Source: Gnetum montanum
Lineage: Eukaryota; Plantae; Gnetophyta
Reading direction: 5' to 3'
Length of the DNA stretch: 64,000 nucleotides
Assembly: GCA_015680685.1 (NCBI GenBank)
Contig: MNCI01000472.1
Coordinates: forward strand, 615,863-679,862
The translations under genes and the position numbers were made by a program. The notes under the pieces are model-generated. The model saw only the letters and a program-made list of their open reading frames with translations. It was not told the origin of the DNA and made no database searches. Positions 14,295 through 26,900 of the stretch are shown here, in pieces; within the stretch, counting starts at the first letter, position 1, and every line of letters begins with the position of its first letter.

Positions 14295-16690
14295 ATATTG
14301 GTGCACCCCCACCCGACGGACGAGCCAGAACAGCGAAGAAGACCGGGGGGCACTGACCCGGTAGAGGGGGGCAAGCGCCCCCACCACCCGGGCCCGACAA
14401 CGCCTTATGGATTCGTCGATAGTCGTCGGCAGGTGCAGTCAGGGCGCTCGAGCTCGTGGAGGATATCCAAAGTGTTCTGGTGGTCCTCTGTGTCCATGAA
14501 ACTGGCCGCCTACTGGATGCCCTGCATGGCCGACTCCCGACGGCTTTTGTCTGCCTACGAAGCACCTACATCTAGATGGAAGCGTGCCGAGGTTCGGCGG
14601 ATATGTCATCTGAGTTTAACCCAGGAGCTCTCGCAGCTGATGCCAAGAATGAGATATGGGCATCGCCCCCCTCCTTTTAGCCACTGTCAGGCGTTGTGCT
14701 CATGGGTGCGGTCAAGCTGCCGCTGTCACTGGTCCTCCTCCTCCTGAAGTCGCTCCTGCTCCGCCTGCTCACGTCGTCTCTGGGCCTCGGCCTCTTGGAT
14801 CAATTCTTCTCGCACTTGGGCTCTGATTTCGTCAATTAGGCGAGCCCTGGTAGCTTCAACCATGAGGCCCTGCTGCCTTATCCGCTGCTGCTCATGCTCA
14901 GAGACCTGGGCTTCCAAGTCAGCCCGAGCTTGCGCGAGGGCTTCATTCCATTTGGCCTCCCATTCCTTCCTCTCCGCCTCCCAAGCCTTGTCCGTTGCCC
15001 TCTGCGTGGCCTGCCGAAGCTCCTCATTCTAGTTCCCATGGCTAAAGGTCTCTGGTGGGGGGAAACTGATCTGTCAAGGTGTTCAGGGGAGCATTGCTCC
15101 CGCTGGGTCCTTCAGCCCCACGTAAAGAAGGACCCCCAGAGGGGCCAACCGCCCCCTGCTGTGGCCTTGCCGCAGGGGGGCGTTCCGGAGAGACCCCTTG
15201 CGGGGGAGCAGAGGATGACAAGTGCTGCCCCCCCCCCCCCCCCCCCCNNNAGAATTAAACCAGAGTGGCAACCGTGGCACTTGAGCAGAAGGGCCTCCTT
15301 AAAAAAGCGAGGGAGGTTGACCTAGCGGCCCAACTTGAGACAGCGCAGGAAAGCGAAGTGTAGGCCCTGCAATTTGGAGCCGTTACCAGACTATACAAAA
15401 AATCGGTCCACTAGATCTACGCCCTGGGCCCATAGGCGAGGCAGGGACTATCTGGGTACCTGTCTGCTCCTGGTTCGAGAAACAGGCCCATCAAAGAACA
15501 TCTCAACGTCCTGGAGGCCACGGGTGGAGGGAAGAATGACCTCTCCATCGATCGAGGCCCCCAGATAGCTGGCAATAGAAGATTCTGTAATCAATATTTC
15601 ATGGCCTTGGAAAAAGGTCCAGTCGTTGGCCCAGCTGGAGAAGAATGTGTCGTCTGCTAGATCTGGTTCCTCGACCAACCGTTGCAGAGGGTCAGACCAG
15701 CCGCATTGGGTCACCATCTGCCAGAGCACCTCATCCTCGTAGAACATGACGCAATCTGATTCGAAAGTGGGGGTGATTCTCATTGTTGCCTCGATTTCCT
15801 TCCATGTGTTGAGAGCCTGGGAGACCAGCCGCNNNNNNNNNNNNNNNNNTTGTTTCTGCCGAAAAACAATATTATTTCGTGCCTTCCACGCTACCCATAA
15901 AAGTAGCGTGGCCCAAGAGTCACCTGTGAGACGCATCGGGGGGCACTGCCACCGCGCGCCACGCAACGCGCATGCAAGCACATTCAAACGCAAAATGCTA
16001 CACCATCTTTGCAGCAGCACCACATGTAGGACACATGTCGCTTTGCAGTATTCCACGTCGTCACAGTAGGGCACATACGAGCAGTGCATCGCATTTGAAC
16101 AGCTACAAAGATTTTGATTTTTTCAGGTAACCACCCCTGCCAAATCCGTTGCTAGCCACCAATTCAAAGATATTTGGCAATCAAAAGGGCTCACGGCTCA
16201 AGGCACCCCCATCCCAGGGCCTACATTGCACGTGCATGCCAGCACATCGCCTGCCAAGGCCTAGAGTCCCACACCCCCGTTTCCCAACGCAGATATTTAA
16301 CATTCATGATGCAGATCCACAAGATCAATTCTCTATGTGGACACAAAAATCAAAGCACTAATCATTGTTGTCCTAGCATCAGCTCGTCCTCGAACGATGT
16401 GATGCCCAACCCACCTGCATTTCAAGGGCACACCACCCATTCCCAACAAACCAAATGGATTTTGCTCCCCCCTTTGCCCCCCTCGCAGATGAAGCTACGG
16501 ATCAACGTGTTAACTGCATTGATGACAATGGTTGGGGATGGCAACGACAACCACGAAGCAAGCGATTGCCATAAGGATTCTTGTAGCCACAAGCAAGCGA
16601 CCTTTGCAGCTCAGGAATCTATTCACCTAGTGGCCCATTCTTCTTTTGATTTTTTCTAACAACGAATCTGCATAACCATCTGTCGGTATG
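14295..16690 (-). mobile_element. L1-clade LINE fragment, copy A: ORF2 C-terminus + zf-RVT + extra domain + coiled coil + J-domain
   Basis: LLEKIKRR..W.NRFLS.KGRL; CPYC..VEY..HVL..C; AWKARNNIVF; in frame to QCGW...; ends CPYLILG...FH(L)D...NP* (stop 14405-14407); stops are mostly CGA>TGA or CAG>TAG. Confidence 0.88.
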
Positions 16691-17606
16691 TAACATTTTT
16701 CATACAAACATTTTTTCATACAAACAATTGTGCACAATGGATTGAGGCTTAAAAACGTCCCCCCTCGGCCAATGTTGTTGACCCACATTTTCTAATATCT
16801 TGTATTTTATTTTCAGTAATTTAATCCCAAACATTTTCTCCAAAAAAAAAAAAAGTCTAATGACCTTGCATATTTGCTCCATCTTGTAATGACAATTGTT
16901 TTGCAACATCCTCATTTGACATTCAACGTCTTCTTAAAGTAATAATTACAAAATCATGCAAATGTTCAACTGTGCATGTTTGTCATCTCATGCACCGATG
17001 GCAAATTCAGGTTTCTATATACCTCTTCAACATAATAGATACACATGCAGATCCATGTAGTGTCACTGATAACAGTAACTACATTTGTAAGAGATGAAAA
17101 AACAAAAAATGCTTGATTGGCCTTTTGAATCACATCTCTTTATATTGAGCTTTGGAGCTAAGCTGAGAGAAAGACATTTTAATATCCAAAAATTTATCAT
17201 GTACATATTCACATTCTTAAGTAATTTCTAAACGATTCAATTGAGATTGTTATGCACACTAATACAATTTGAGAATCAGAAACGAAAAAAAGTCTTAACA
17301 AATCAACAAAGAAGTTAATTAAAACTATGTTTTTGTTAATATCAATAAAGACATACAAGTTCTTACCCTTTTGACAATTTATTTGAGCCACGGGGCATAA
17401 GGATCTAGAATCTTACAGATACAAGCCAAACATTGCCTCATCAAGATCTCAACAAAATGCACATACTCCACTTGAAGTGAAACTCATCACCTTTCATTCG
17501 AGTTGAAAAAATTACCAACCGACTTAGTTGCAAAGACTCGTAGGTTTGAAAACTCAGTACAATGAATAACAAAAAGTTAGTCAAAAACCTTAGAACACAT
17601 TTCATC

Positions 17607-17930
17607 TCAGAAACCTAAATCAAATTTTGGAGCAAAATTTTCTATGTCATCAACATTTCTTTGTCTGTCATTATCCGAGTAGTTAAAAGCACTAGAAGAA
17701 AATTCTGATTGAGCAACATTGTTAATAACTTCTCCAGTGTTCTTGACAGCTTCAAGGCAATCTGCATAACCGTCTGTCATACCACATGAGTCAATTGTTT
17801 GTGAATGATCATGGAGAGGTGATGACTGATGCTCATCTGGCTTTTGGGTTGTAAATTGTCTCTTAAACTCTGCTGAAGCGAAATTAACCATATCAAGAAT
17901 AGATGGCTCAAAAGTTTCCGAAGGACCATC
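17607..17930 (-). CDS. ZGRF1: ZGRF1-like last exon (DGPSETFEP...FAPKFDLGF*)
   Basis: tttttgcAG acceptor; 107 open codons then TGA. Confidence 0.72.
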   Translation of the reverse strand, partial: DGPSETFEPSILDMVNFASAEFKRQFTTQKPDEHQSSPLHDHSQTIDSCGMTDGYADCLEAVKNTGEVINNVAQSEFSSSAFNYSDNDRQRNVDDIENFAPKFDLGF

Positions 17931-20900
17931 CTGCAAAAAGCAGTTTGTATTAAGTGGCTTCCCATTCATGTTGCCATATCTTTTATAGGGTGGTTAAAAA
18001 GGTAAATCTAGGAAAGCTCATTCAACAAAATACAATAAATAAAATCACTGACAATTCCCTACTTCAGGAAACTGTAATGGTAGTTAAGGGAAAAATAAAG
18101 AGAAGCTAAGTCCATAACATTGTTTTTTAATCCTCGACACCATTAATTAGTCACAAGTAAGATTTTGTCATAAACAACTGCTTGTTTACAATGCTCTTTG
18201 CTACAGAAGATTCAGAAATTAGAAAAATAAATGATAAATTACTTATTAAAAATATTTCTAAACAGAAGAATCCGTTCTTGGATGGTAGCTAATGAAAACA
18301 TCACCTTTGAAGAACAGGTTTCTAGGTTATCCTTTGACAAGCTAACATCTTCATTTCTAAAAATGGTTTCTATAGCATCTCCTTCCATAGCTTGACTTGC
18401 AGCATCTGAGGAAATAAAAAGACTATGGTACATCAGAGTGATCAGACAAAACAAATCAATACATTATGAGAAGGCACTTGTTCCAAATAAATAATTAAGA
18501 GACTGCTAGTTTGTACAAAAAATCCGACGGTCCCTTTTAAACAGCCTTTTTGAATTGTCATATGTTTCTACCCTGTCTGCTGCTCTCTTCAGGACCAGTG
18601 TAGCCTGAAACACAGGTTGTTTTGATCTCTTTGGTCTTTGAAGTTTTTAATATGTATGTCTGCTTGCTTTCGTAAAGGTCCAAAACAGAACTCTGCAGTT
18701 GGCTATCACTTGAGATTTTCGCATCATGAGAAAGCATTCTATCCAGCTTTCGATCTTCATCATCAGTGATTTGTTCAGTTGGCACTGTTTGAGAAGCATT
18801 TATTATGCATATTTGGCTCTTGATAAACTCCTGAATGTTTTGTATGCTACTGTCGAACACTGACTTTGGCATTGAAATGTAGGAACCTGTTGAACTGCAC
18901 ATCATTGAAATAAATCTTCTCAATATTCAATACTTCCAAAGTTTAGAATTGAGTAGAATAACAGGTTCACACTATGAACTCTTTTCAAAAAAAGAAAAAA
19001 ATCCCAGCCCAACTAATAGCCCCAAGGGTCTACAACCCAAAACTCATGCATAATGACTCCCATTTATAAACTAATCAAGCCCAAATTAAACTAAATCCAA
19101 GTACAACCCAACCAAAAGCCAAGTACATCATTAAACATCACAAAACATAATCATAACACACTCGCATGCATGGCATAAATGTGTAGTATATAGATCACAA
19201 ATACATACCATACTAAATTGCTGCCCCCTTTTCCCCATTCCTTCACTCTCACCAATTACAACATTTGCCAAACACATCCCACAAGATCAATGTGTGTAAT
19301 CATGGCTTAATAATAATAATGGAACATCAAGATCATATACACTATATAAACATAATAACTTTGACTATCATAGGTTCCAAACAAAACCACTAGCTAGCAA
19401 AACCCACACCCCAGACTCATCCCAACACATGCTTAATGAGATAATGACTATATTGCGGGGTCCTATGGAGTGGTGTTCCAATACATAGTTGATAAAGAAA
19501 CTAATTACACAATTGATATTTGGACATTAAATATAGTCATTCTACTGAGTGCCTTCAAAATGAGAGTTGTTTGAAACTTGGCATTAAAAAAGGATCATCA
19601 CCCAAAGGCACAATGCTCATGCTACTAAGGTAGGGTCCTGAGGGGGTCAGTGGATGTGCAAAAGCCTAATCTCTTTCAAGGAGCTGTGCCTAGGTTTGAA
19701 CCCAAGTCTTACAACTTGAGAAACAAGCACCTTACCATCACTCAAAGCGATGGTCCCTAAGGTCCTAGGATGGTAGGTGGTTGAGCAAAAGCATAACCTC
19801 TTTTAAGTGACTATGTCTAGGCTTGAACCCAAGTCTTATGACTTGAGAAACAAGCACCTTACTATCACTCCAAGTGGTGATCCCTGAAACTTGGCATAAA
19901 AGAATCATGAAAATATTAAATGCATTAAACTCTATAACAAAATGATATACAGATATGGAAAATGACCCTATATATCTCTTTAACATATTATGTTGAGATG
20001 GAATCAAACTTGACCTTGTCCAATCATCAGTACACTGTTTTTCTCTAATTTGTCTATTAAAATAGATAGGAAGAATCTCACTAATAAATTGTAGTTTGGG
20101 CATAAGGGAAAATACCAAAACTTCTACATCAATGTTGTATTTATAAAACACATCTTCATTAATGTTGGAACTTCAAGGACAAGTGACTAGTTCATGTATA
20201 TTATACTACCATATAAGTACATAAGGTATAAAATTTCAAGGTCATACATGCAGAAGTGAGGCACTATAACATAGAACTAAATGAACAATATCAAGAGACA
20301 GATCACCTTTTTTGTTTTCACCGATTCTGAATAGGTAACCAACTATAAACCAGCCCCTTTTTTGAATTTTCAAGAGTAGTATGGTCCAAACATGGTGTGT
20401 AAGGTCCAAAACCCCATACCCATGAAAACCCTCCCCCCATAACCTCTAACACCTCCCAAAACATGGTGTGTCAGGTCCAAAAAAATATTCCCAACACTAA
20501 CAACCAACCATCACACCCACAAAAAATGCCAAATTATGAAAGCACCAAAGAAGTAAACAATAAACAAGGCCCATCAGCCCACAACCTATAAATGACATGG
20601 GAGACTTGTGCAAGGGTAGATGGCCCTCTCTTGACAATGGATTAAATCGAGAACCGCTCAATGTCTCTCTGAATCCACAAAAGCCACCACCTGCTGAAAA
20701 ATCTTTGAATGCTTCCTCCTTCGCACATTCCTCCGTGTTGCCCTCCCTATCCAAGTGGAGCTCAATCCCCTATGTTGAATGAAATGACATAGGGTAGTCC
20801 ACGACGTATTCCTCCCTATGTTCATGATAACATAGGAGCACCTTCCTTGTTGTAGCCAAGATCATGCATTTTTCTCATGGATGTGATCTTGCTACCTCTG

Positions 20901-23900
20901 TAGCTGTGCAACCTCCTCTTCCTCCTACACCCTTCGCTCCTTCTCCCCCTCTCAAATTTCCTAGGCTCATGCTTCCTGCTAGAGCTAAGCCCTAATGCTT
21001 TCCCACAGCTGCGCCTCCAATGTGTTCCGTGCCGATGCCTCAGCCAGATCCTGCCGCCACCTCTCCTCCCTAGCAACTTCAACATGGAAGCACTTGACCA
21101 CCTCCAACTACCATTGGAATTCTTCCTCCCTTGTTGCCCATTTGCTCTTCCATAGAGCCCTCTCTTTTGCCCTAGCCTGAACTACTGCTTCCTCTGCAAC
21201 CTTGACCAACAGATCATCCAAATGGGGGGCCCTAGGATTTGCAATCTCCCTTGACCAAATCCTCCCCAACCTTTCTCCAACTAGCACCCTCCCCCTCCCT
21301 TGCATGCAACCCTTGCAATGGGGCATGCACCTCTAGCTAAGAGTCCTAATGACTCATCCCCGTCAACACGTCTATCGACTCGGACCCAACATCATTCTTA
21401 GAGAGAGAGAGAGAGAGAGAGGAAAAACCACAGCAAGTTGACTGCATAACTCACCTACAAGCATTGCATGAAACTGAAATGCATGCTTTGAAACTCCCCC
21501 ACATTACTAGACTAGAAGTACCAGTCAACCAACTCTGTCGGAATATATAGACCATTTTCTTGAAAATTACCCAGGGTGAAATAGACCTTTTATCATATAT
21601 ATAGCCAATGTTGGTCCCAACATGACAAAAGAGACAACCATAGCAGTAGGCAAGAAAATGGGCTGATATACAACATGACAAAAGAGACAACCATAGCAGT
21701 AGCCAAAGTCAAACATAAGGCCTTGGATAGCTTTTATGAGAAATTACAAACAAATAATAGAAAAAAACCTATTTATAAATTGGCAAAAATCAGAAAGAAA
21801 AAATGTAAATACATTAATTATGTCAAATGCCTCAAGGAAGCATATGAAAGAATTTTGGTAAAAGATAATGACGTTTTGAATAGGTGGAAAAAATATTTTC
21901 AAGAACTATTAAATAAAGAATTCCCAAGAGAAGACATCCAAAAAGAAAAACCAAAATTTGGCTTGGCTAATGAACTTTCCTTCTTTGGGATGAAGATAGA
22001 CTTATCAAAGATGAAAAATGGAAAAATTAAACCAAATAAGATTTTTATAGAAGCTTGGAAACCATTGGGATATGTAGGAGTTTCTTGATTGAGACAATTA
22101 TTTAACAAAATTTTGAAAGATAGAGAAATACCTAAAAATTGGAGATAAAGCTCTGTTGTTCCCATTTACAAAAATAAAGGAGAAGTACAAAATTGTGCAC
22201 ACTATAGAAGGATCAAGCTAATCAATCATACTATGAAGCTTTGGGAGAGAGTCATAGAGTAGTGCCTCATACTTAAATCAATAGTATTAAAAAATCAATT
22301 TGGATTTATGCCAGGGAGATCTACTATAGAAGCTATTTTTTCATACAACAATTGATGGAAAAATTCAGAAAACATAGAAAAAATTACATATAATCTTTAT
22401 TGACTTGGAAAAAGCATGTGACAGAGTGCCTAGAGATATTATTTGGTGGGCCTTGCAAAGGAAAAACATCCCTGATAAATATATTAAAGTGATTCAAGAT
22501 ATATATGAAAAAGCTACCACTAAATTAGAATAGCTTGTGGAATAACATTTGATTTTCTAGTCATAGTAGGTTTACATCAAGGGTCTGCACTTACCCTGTA
22601 CTTCTTTGCCATTATTATGGATGAATTAACAAAGGAAATACAAGATGAAATCCTTGGTATGTACTATTTGCAAATTCTAGTATTGGTGGATACCGCTCAA
22701 GAAAATACTATTGCTAAAATGGCGAAGTGNGGTCAAAATGGAGATAGGCTAATGGTGTTCTATACAATAAAAGAATACAAATAAAATTAAAGAGGAAATT
22801 TTACAAGATGACAATCAAGATTGCTATCTTATATGGTGTTAAATGTTGGGTAGTACAAAAAAGGCATGAACAACAAATCAATATGGCAAAAATGCAAATG
22901 CTTCAATGGATGTTAAATGTTACTAGAAGAGATAAACTACATAATACAAACATCAGAGGAAGACCTGGAGTGACTTCTATTTTAGATAAGCTACAAGAAT
23001 GGTAGCTTAAATGGTTTTAACATGTGCAAAGAAGATCAGACAATGATGGCTTACACACATGGTACTAGGGTGCAATGTTGTACATTGCAAATTTAAGGTG
23101 CGAAAATCGCAAAATATTTTGGTTGATGCCCATGTTCTATCTTGTGCAAATGCATTACAATACACATGGTAAATTTTTTCATTCTATTTCACATCTACCT
23201 AACCTCCCATACACATTGCATGGTTTCCCTACAACACCCTCTGAAATTTTGTGTGATACATTATTTCATTGTTCATTGTACAAAATTGCATAATGCATGC
23301 ATATTGCCTGCATGTGTGTATGCCATGAGCCTATAAACAAAGTTTGCTACATCATTGACGAAGCACCATTTGTTAAGTATAACAATTGGCTATGATATTG
23401 CAAATACTACATTGCATTTGCATGCATCTCAGTTAGTTGCTATATCGTAGATGCTACATAGCATATGCTATATCGTAGCTACATGCATCAATGTAGTTTC
23501 ATTGACGTAGCCTGAGATGCATCTAAACATATGCATTGATGCAATTTCCATATTTGCCTCTAACGATGTGAGCATCTGCCATGTATTTAATACCATTTGT
23601 TCAATAGTGTAGCCAAACTCTTGCAGTTTTCTTCCGTAATCTTAACAAACAATCAGTGAGTGTCCGTAACATGGATTTGAGTCAATTGTATGATGTCTTA
23701 TTTGAGTGACATTGTACTTGGGCACATTCCATGCATGGCAATAAGATCAAGATCGATTCATATTCATCACAACACTTTGACTTGGAATAAATTTCCATGC
23801 TACCCTCAGAAGTATGCTAGAAGACCAACTCCATGCACAAATCAAGGAGGAGCATGAGCACCACAAAAGAGAGGAGGAACAACACCAACAATGTGCCTAG

Positions 23901-26900
23901 ACCTAGTTGGAGAAGCAATAGACAAGAATCAATTAGGATGTAGCCCATGACTCTAATGCTCAACAATGGCTACGTATGGGAAGGTGCCCATACATTATTA
24001 TGAGTATGAATCGTAATGTGGCATGGGTTGCCCTGCACAAGTTGATTTGCAAAACTTCTAGCAGGCTACACCTTGACAAAGCTAGAACTCTAGGGGCTAA
24101 GGAGCAACAACTAAAAGAAGAATAGTACAAAGACTTTTAGGAGGTTGTGGCCTTTATGGTCTTTGAACATCATAAAGCTATTTTAGATGTTGCCCATCTG
24201 CAGGAAAGGCTACATTGCCCCTACACCAAGTTCCTCCAACCCATATGATAATGACAAGGTTCTTAAAATTCAAAAAAGGGTGTCCAGTGCAATCCATCAG
24301 GTTTTTGGTATGGGGTTTTGAGAATGAGGGCCTAGAGGCCCAATTGTTGAATGCTTTTGTCAATTTTCCCTAGCAATGGAATGTTGTTCCTTTCTTTTTG
24401 CTTCTCTGTTGTTAAAAGGTTATTCCTCTCCCTTGGGGGTATCCCATGTCTGCTTTTTTGGCCTTTTTTCTGTTTGTTTGGGGGGGGCGGCCGTCGGGTG
24501 GGGTGTGTGTGGTTCTCTTTCCCCCTCAACTGGATCTAATTTGTTTTTGCAGCTATAATATATTCCTGACCTTTTCTCAAAAAAATGTACAATGAATTAC
24601 CATTTATGTGTATGCTTTACAACAAGTTATTATATACCAGTTGCTTGCGAAGCAGGCAAGATGTGCTCGGAACAATTACAAACAAGAAGCTTCTTGCCAA
24701 CAAATGCTGCTAAAACAGAAATATATATCAGATCCAACTATATCATGCAGAAATATATATTCGTCATCTCTAACTACAGGCTAAACAAAATTTCCAGGAC
24801 TATTCACCCTACTGGGAGATAACGGCAACTGCTTACAAAGGATGGTAAAATATTCCATTCTTAACAATGCATACAACGGCAGTACGGTATAGCATAAGGT
24901 CCGCCGCTATACCAAAGTTCACAAATCAAGGTGAATAGACTTTAGACTCTATTAGCCATTTCTGAACATAAGATCATTTATTAAAATTAAAACAGCAACT
25001 AAACAATCAAATTTACCTTGCAGAATTTTCCAACAACTTTTTCCATAAATTACTTTTCCTCAAATTGGATGCAGTTCCAATGATCACTAAATGGTATCGA
25101 GCTCTTGTGAGTGCTACATTTAAGCGATTAGGCGATGAAAGGAAGCCTAGACCACTACTTCGGCAACAAGACCTGCCATAAATTATGATAGAAAGATGAG
25201 AAAACATTGGCTATCAAGATTTCCATATTAGATGTTATATATGATAGACATTAACAAAAATAAGACAGCATAAATATTCTGCAAAATGAAAAGATTTTTA
25301 TCAGCTCAGTTAGTGCATCTAATAAATTAGGTTTAAACAATATAAATTGAAAGAGTAATGCTCAACACCTTTCATTGCCAACTGGCGCAATGACCGGACC
25401 TTTTTCCGAGGGTGCGAGGTTATCATCACAGAATCCTCAATCGCTAGCTGTCTTGGGGCCCAGGCCGCCGGTGAGGTCATCTTACCGTTCACACGTGGTC
25501 TGCAGCACACGGAATTGTTTTTCGAAGGGCCCGTGCCACACAAGCAAAGCCGACAAGTACCCAGATCTTCTCTTCCCCGTCTCTGGGCCCAGGCAGCAAA
25601 TCTGGTGGATAGATTTTTTGTCCAATCTGACAACGGTTCCAAGCTCCAGGGCATACACTTTGTGTTTCTGCGTTGCCTGAAATTNCGGGGGAACCGTTGG
25701 ACCCTACCAACAACAACCTTCACATGGAAGTGGCAAACCCAACGGGAATAGCGCCCCCTTGCTAGCCTCGCCGAGCCAAAATTTGCCCACCGGAAACCTC
25801 CGACCACAGCATAAATTGGAACGAGAAGCTATAGCAGGCCATGCAGAGGGCCGCAGCCAAAGTGCGTGAGGCTGAACGACGGGAGTGGGAGGCCAAATGG
25901 CACGAAGCCCTTGCGCAAGCCCGGGCCGACCTGGAGGCCCAGTTCTACGAGCGGGTGAGGCAACAAGATCTCATGGCCGACGCTGCCCGTGCCCAATTAG
26001 TGGATGAAATCCAGGCCCAAGTGCGGCAAGAATTGCTACAAGAGGAGGTTGCCCAAAGGGAATGTGAAGAGGTGGAGCGGGCAGAACAGGAACGCATACA
26101 GGATGAAGAGGAACAGCGACAGCGACAGCTCGATCAAGCACACGAGCACAATGCTCGACAATGGCTTAGAGGGGGCCGGTGCCCGTACCTCATCCTAGGC
26201 ATCAGTTGCGAGAGCTCTTGGGGGGAACTCAGGTGCCACATCCGCCGCCCCCCCCCCCCCAAATGCGTTTGTTGAGTTTTCTGGGGGTTTCTTTTTGCTT
26301 GGTTTTAGCATGACTGGTGGGGTTTTGGATTGCTTTGTGACTTGGGGTTTTTCCCCACCCATTGAGGGCCATTACTGATGACCCACGATTTGTAATTCCT
26401 TGTACTATATTTCTTTTTTCAGTAATATACTCCCGAATATTTTCTCAAAATAAAAAAAATAAAAACCTTTCATTAACACGATGGTCCAAAGCATCCCTGA
26501 TGACCCTTAAACTGTATACTCTTGCACTATAATTTTGAGTAATATAATCTCGACGACGTTGTTTTCCTTTTGCGCCCCCCCCCCCCCCCCCCCTGTGTGG
26601 TGTTATGCGTTGTTAGGGGATTGCTTGCCGCACATACGCATGGCTCCAGCTTGTCGTTTGTGGTGCCGGATTTTTGTATGGGGGTCTCCACCCCCCCCCT
26701 CCCCGGGGGCCATTTCTGATGACCCTCGAATTGTATACTCCTGTACTATAATTTTTCAGTAATACACTCCTGAACATTTTCTCAAAAAAAAAAGGATAAA
26801 AATCCATAGAGGGATTGACAGAAAGGTAGAGAAGACTCACAATATAATAATGTTTTTTTCCATTCCTTGAAATGCATCAACAGTGGAGACTTGAATCTGT

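Noticed and set aside
14298-16659. Several plus-strand ORFs (also 55942-57237 and 59228-59815)
   Set aside because: Shadow ORFs on the antisense strand of GC-rich LINE copies.
21451-21690. Possible extra exon with a good GTGAGT donor
   Set aside because: Gives a stop in the required phase and is not needed for a continuous CDS.
25841-26275. Standalone host coiled-coil or DnaJ gene
   Set aside because: Intronless, multi-copy, bounded by TSD and poly(A), and continuous with LINE ORF2 in other copies.
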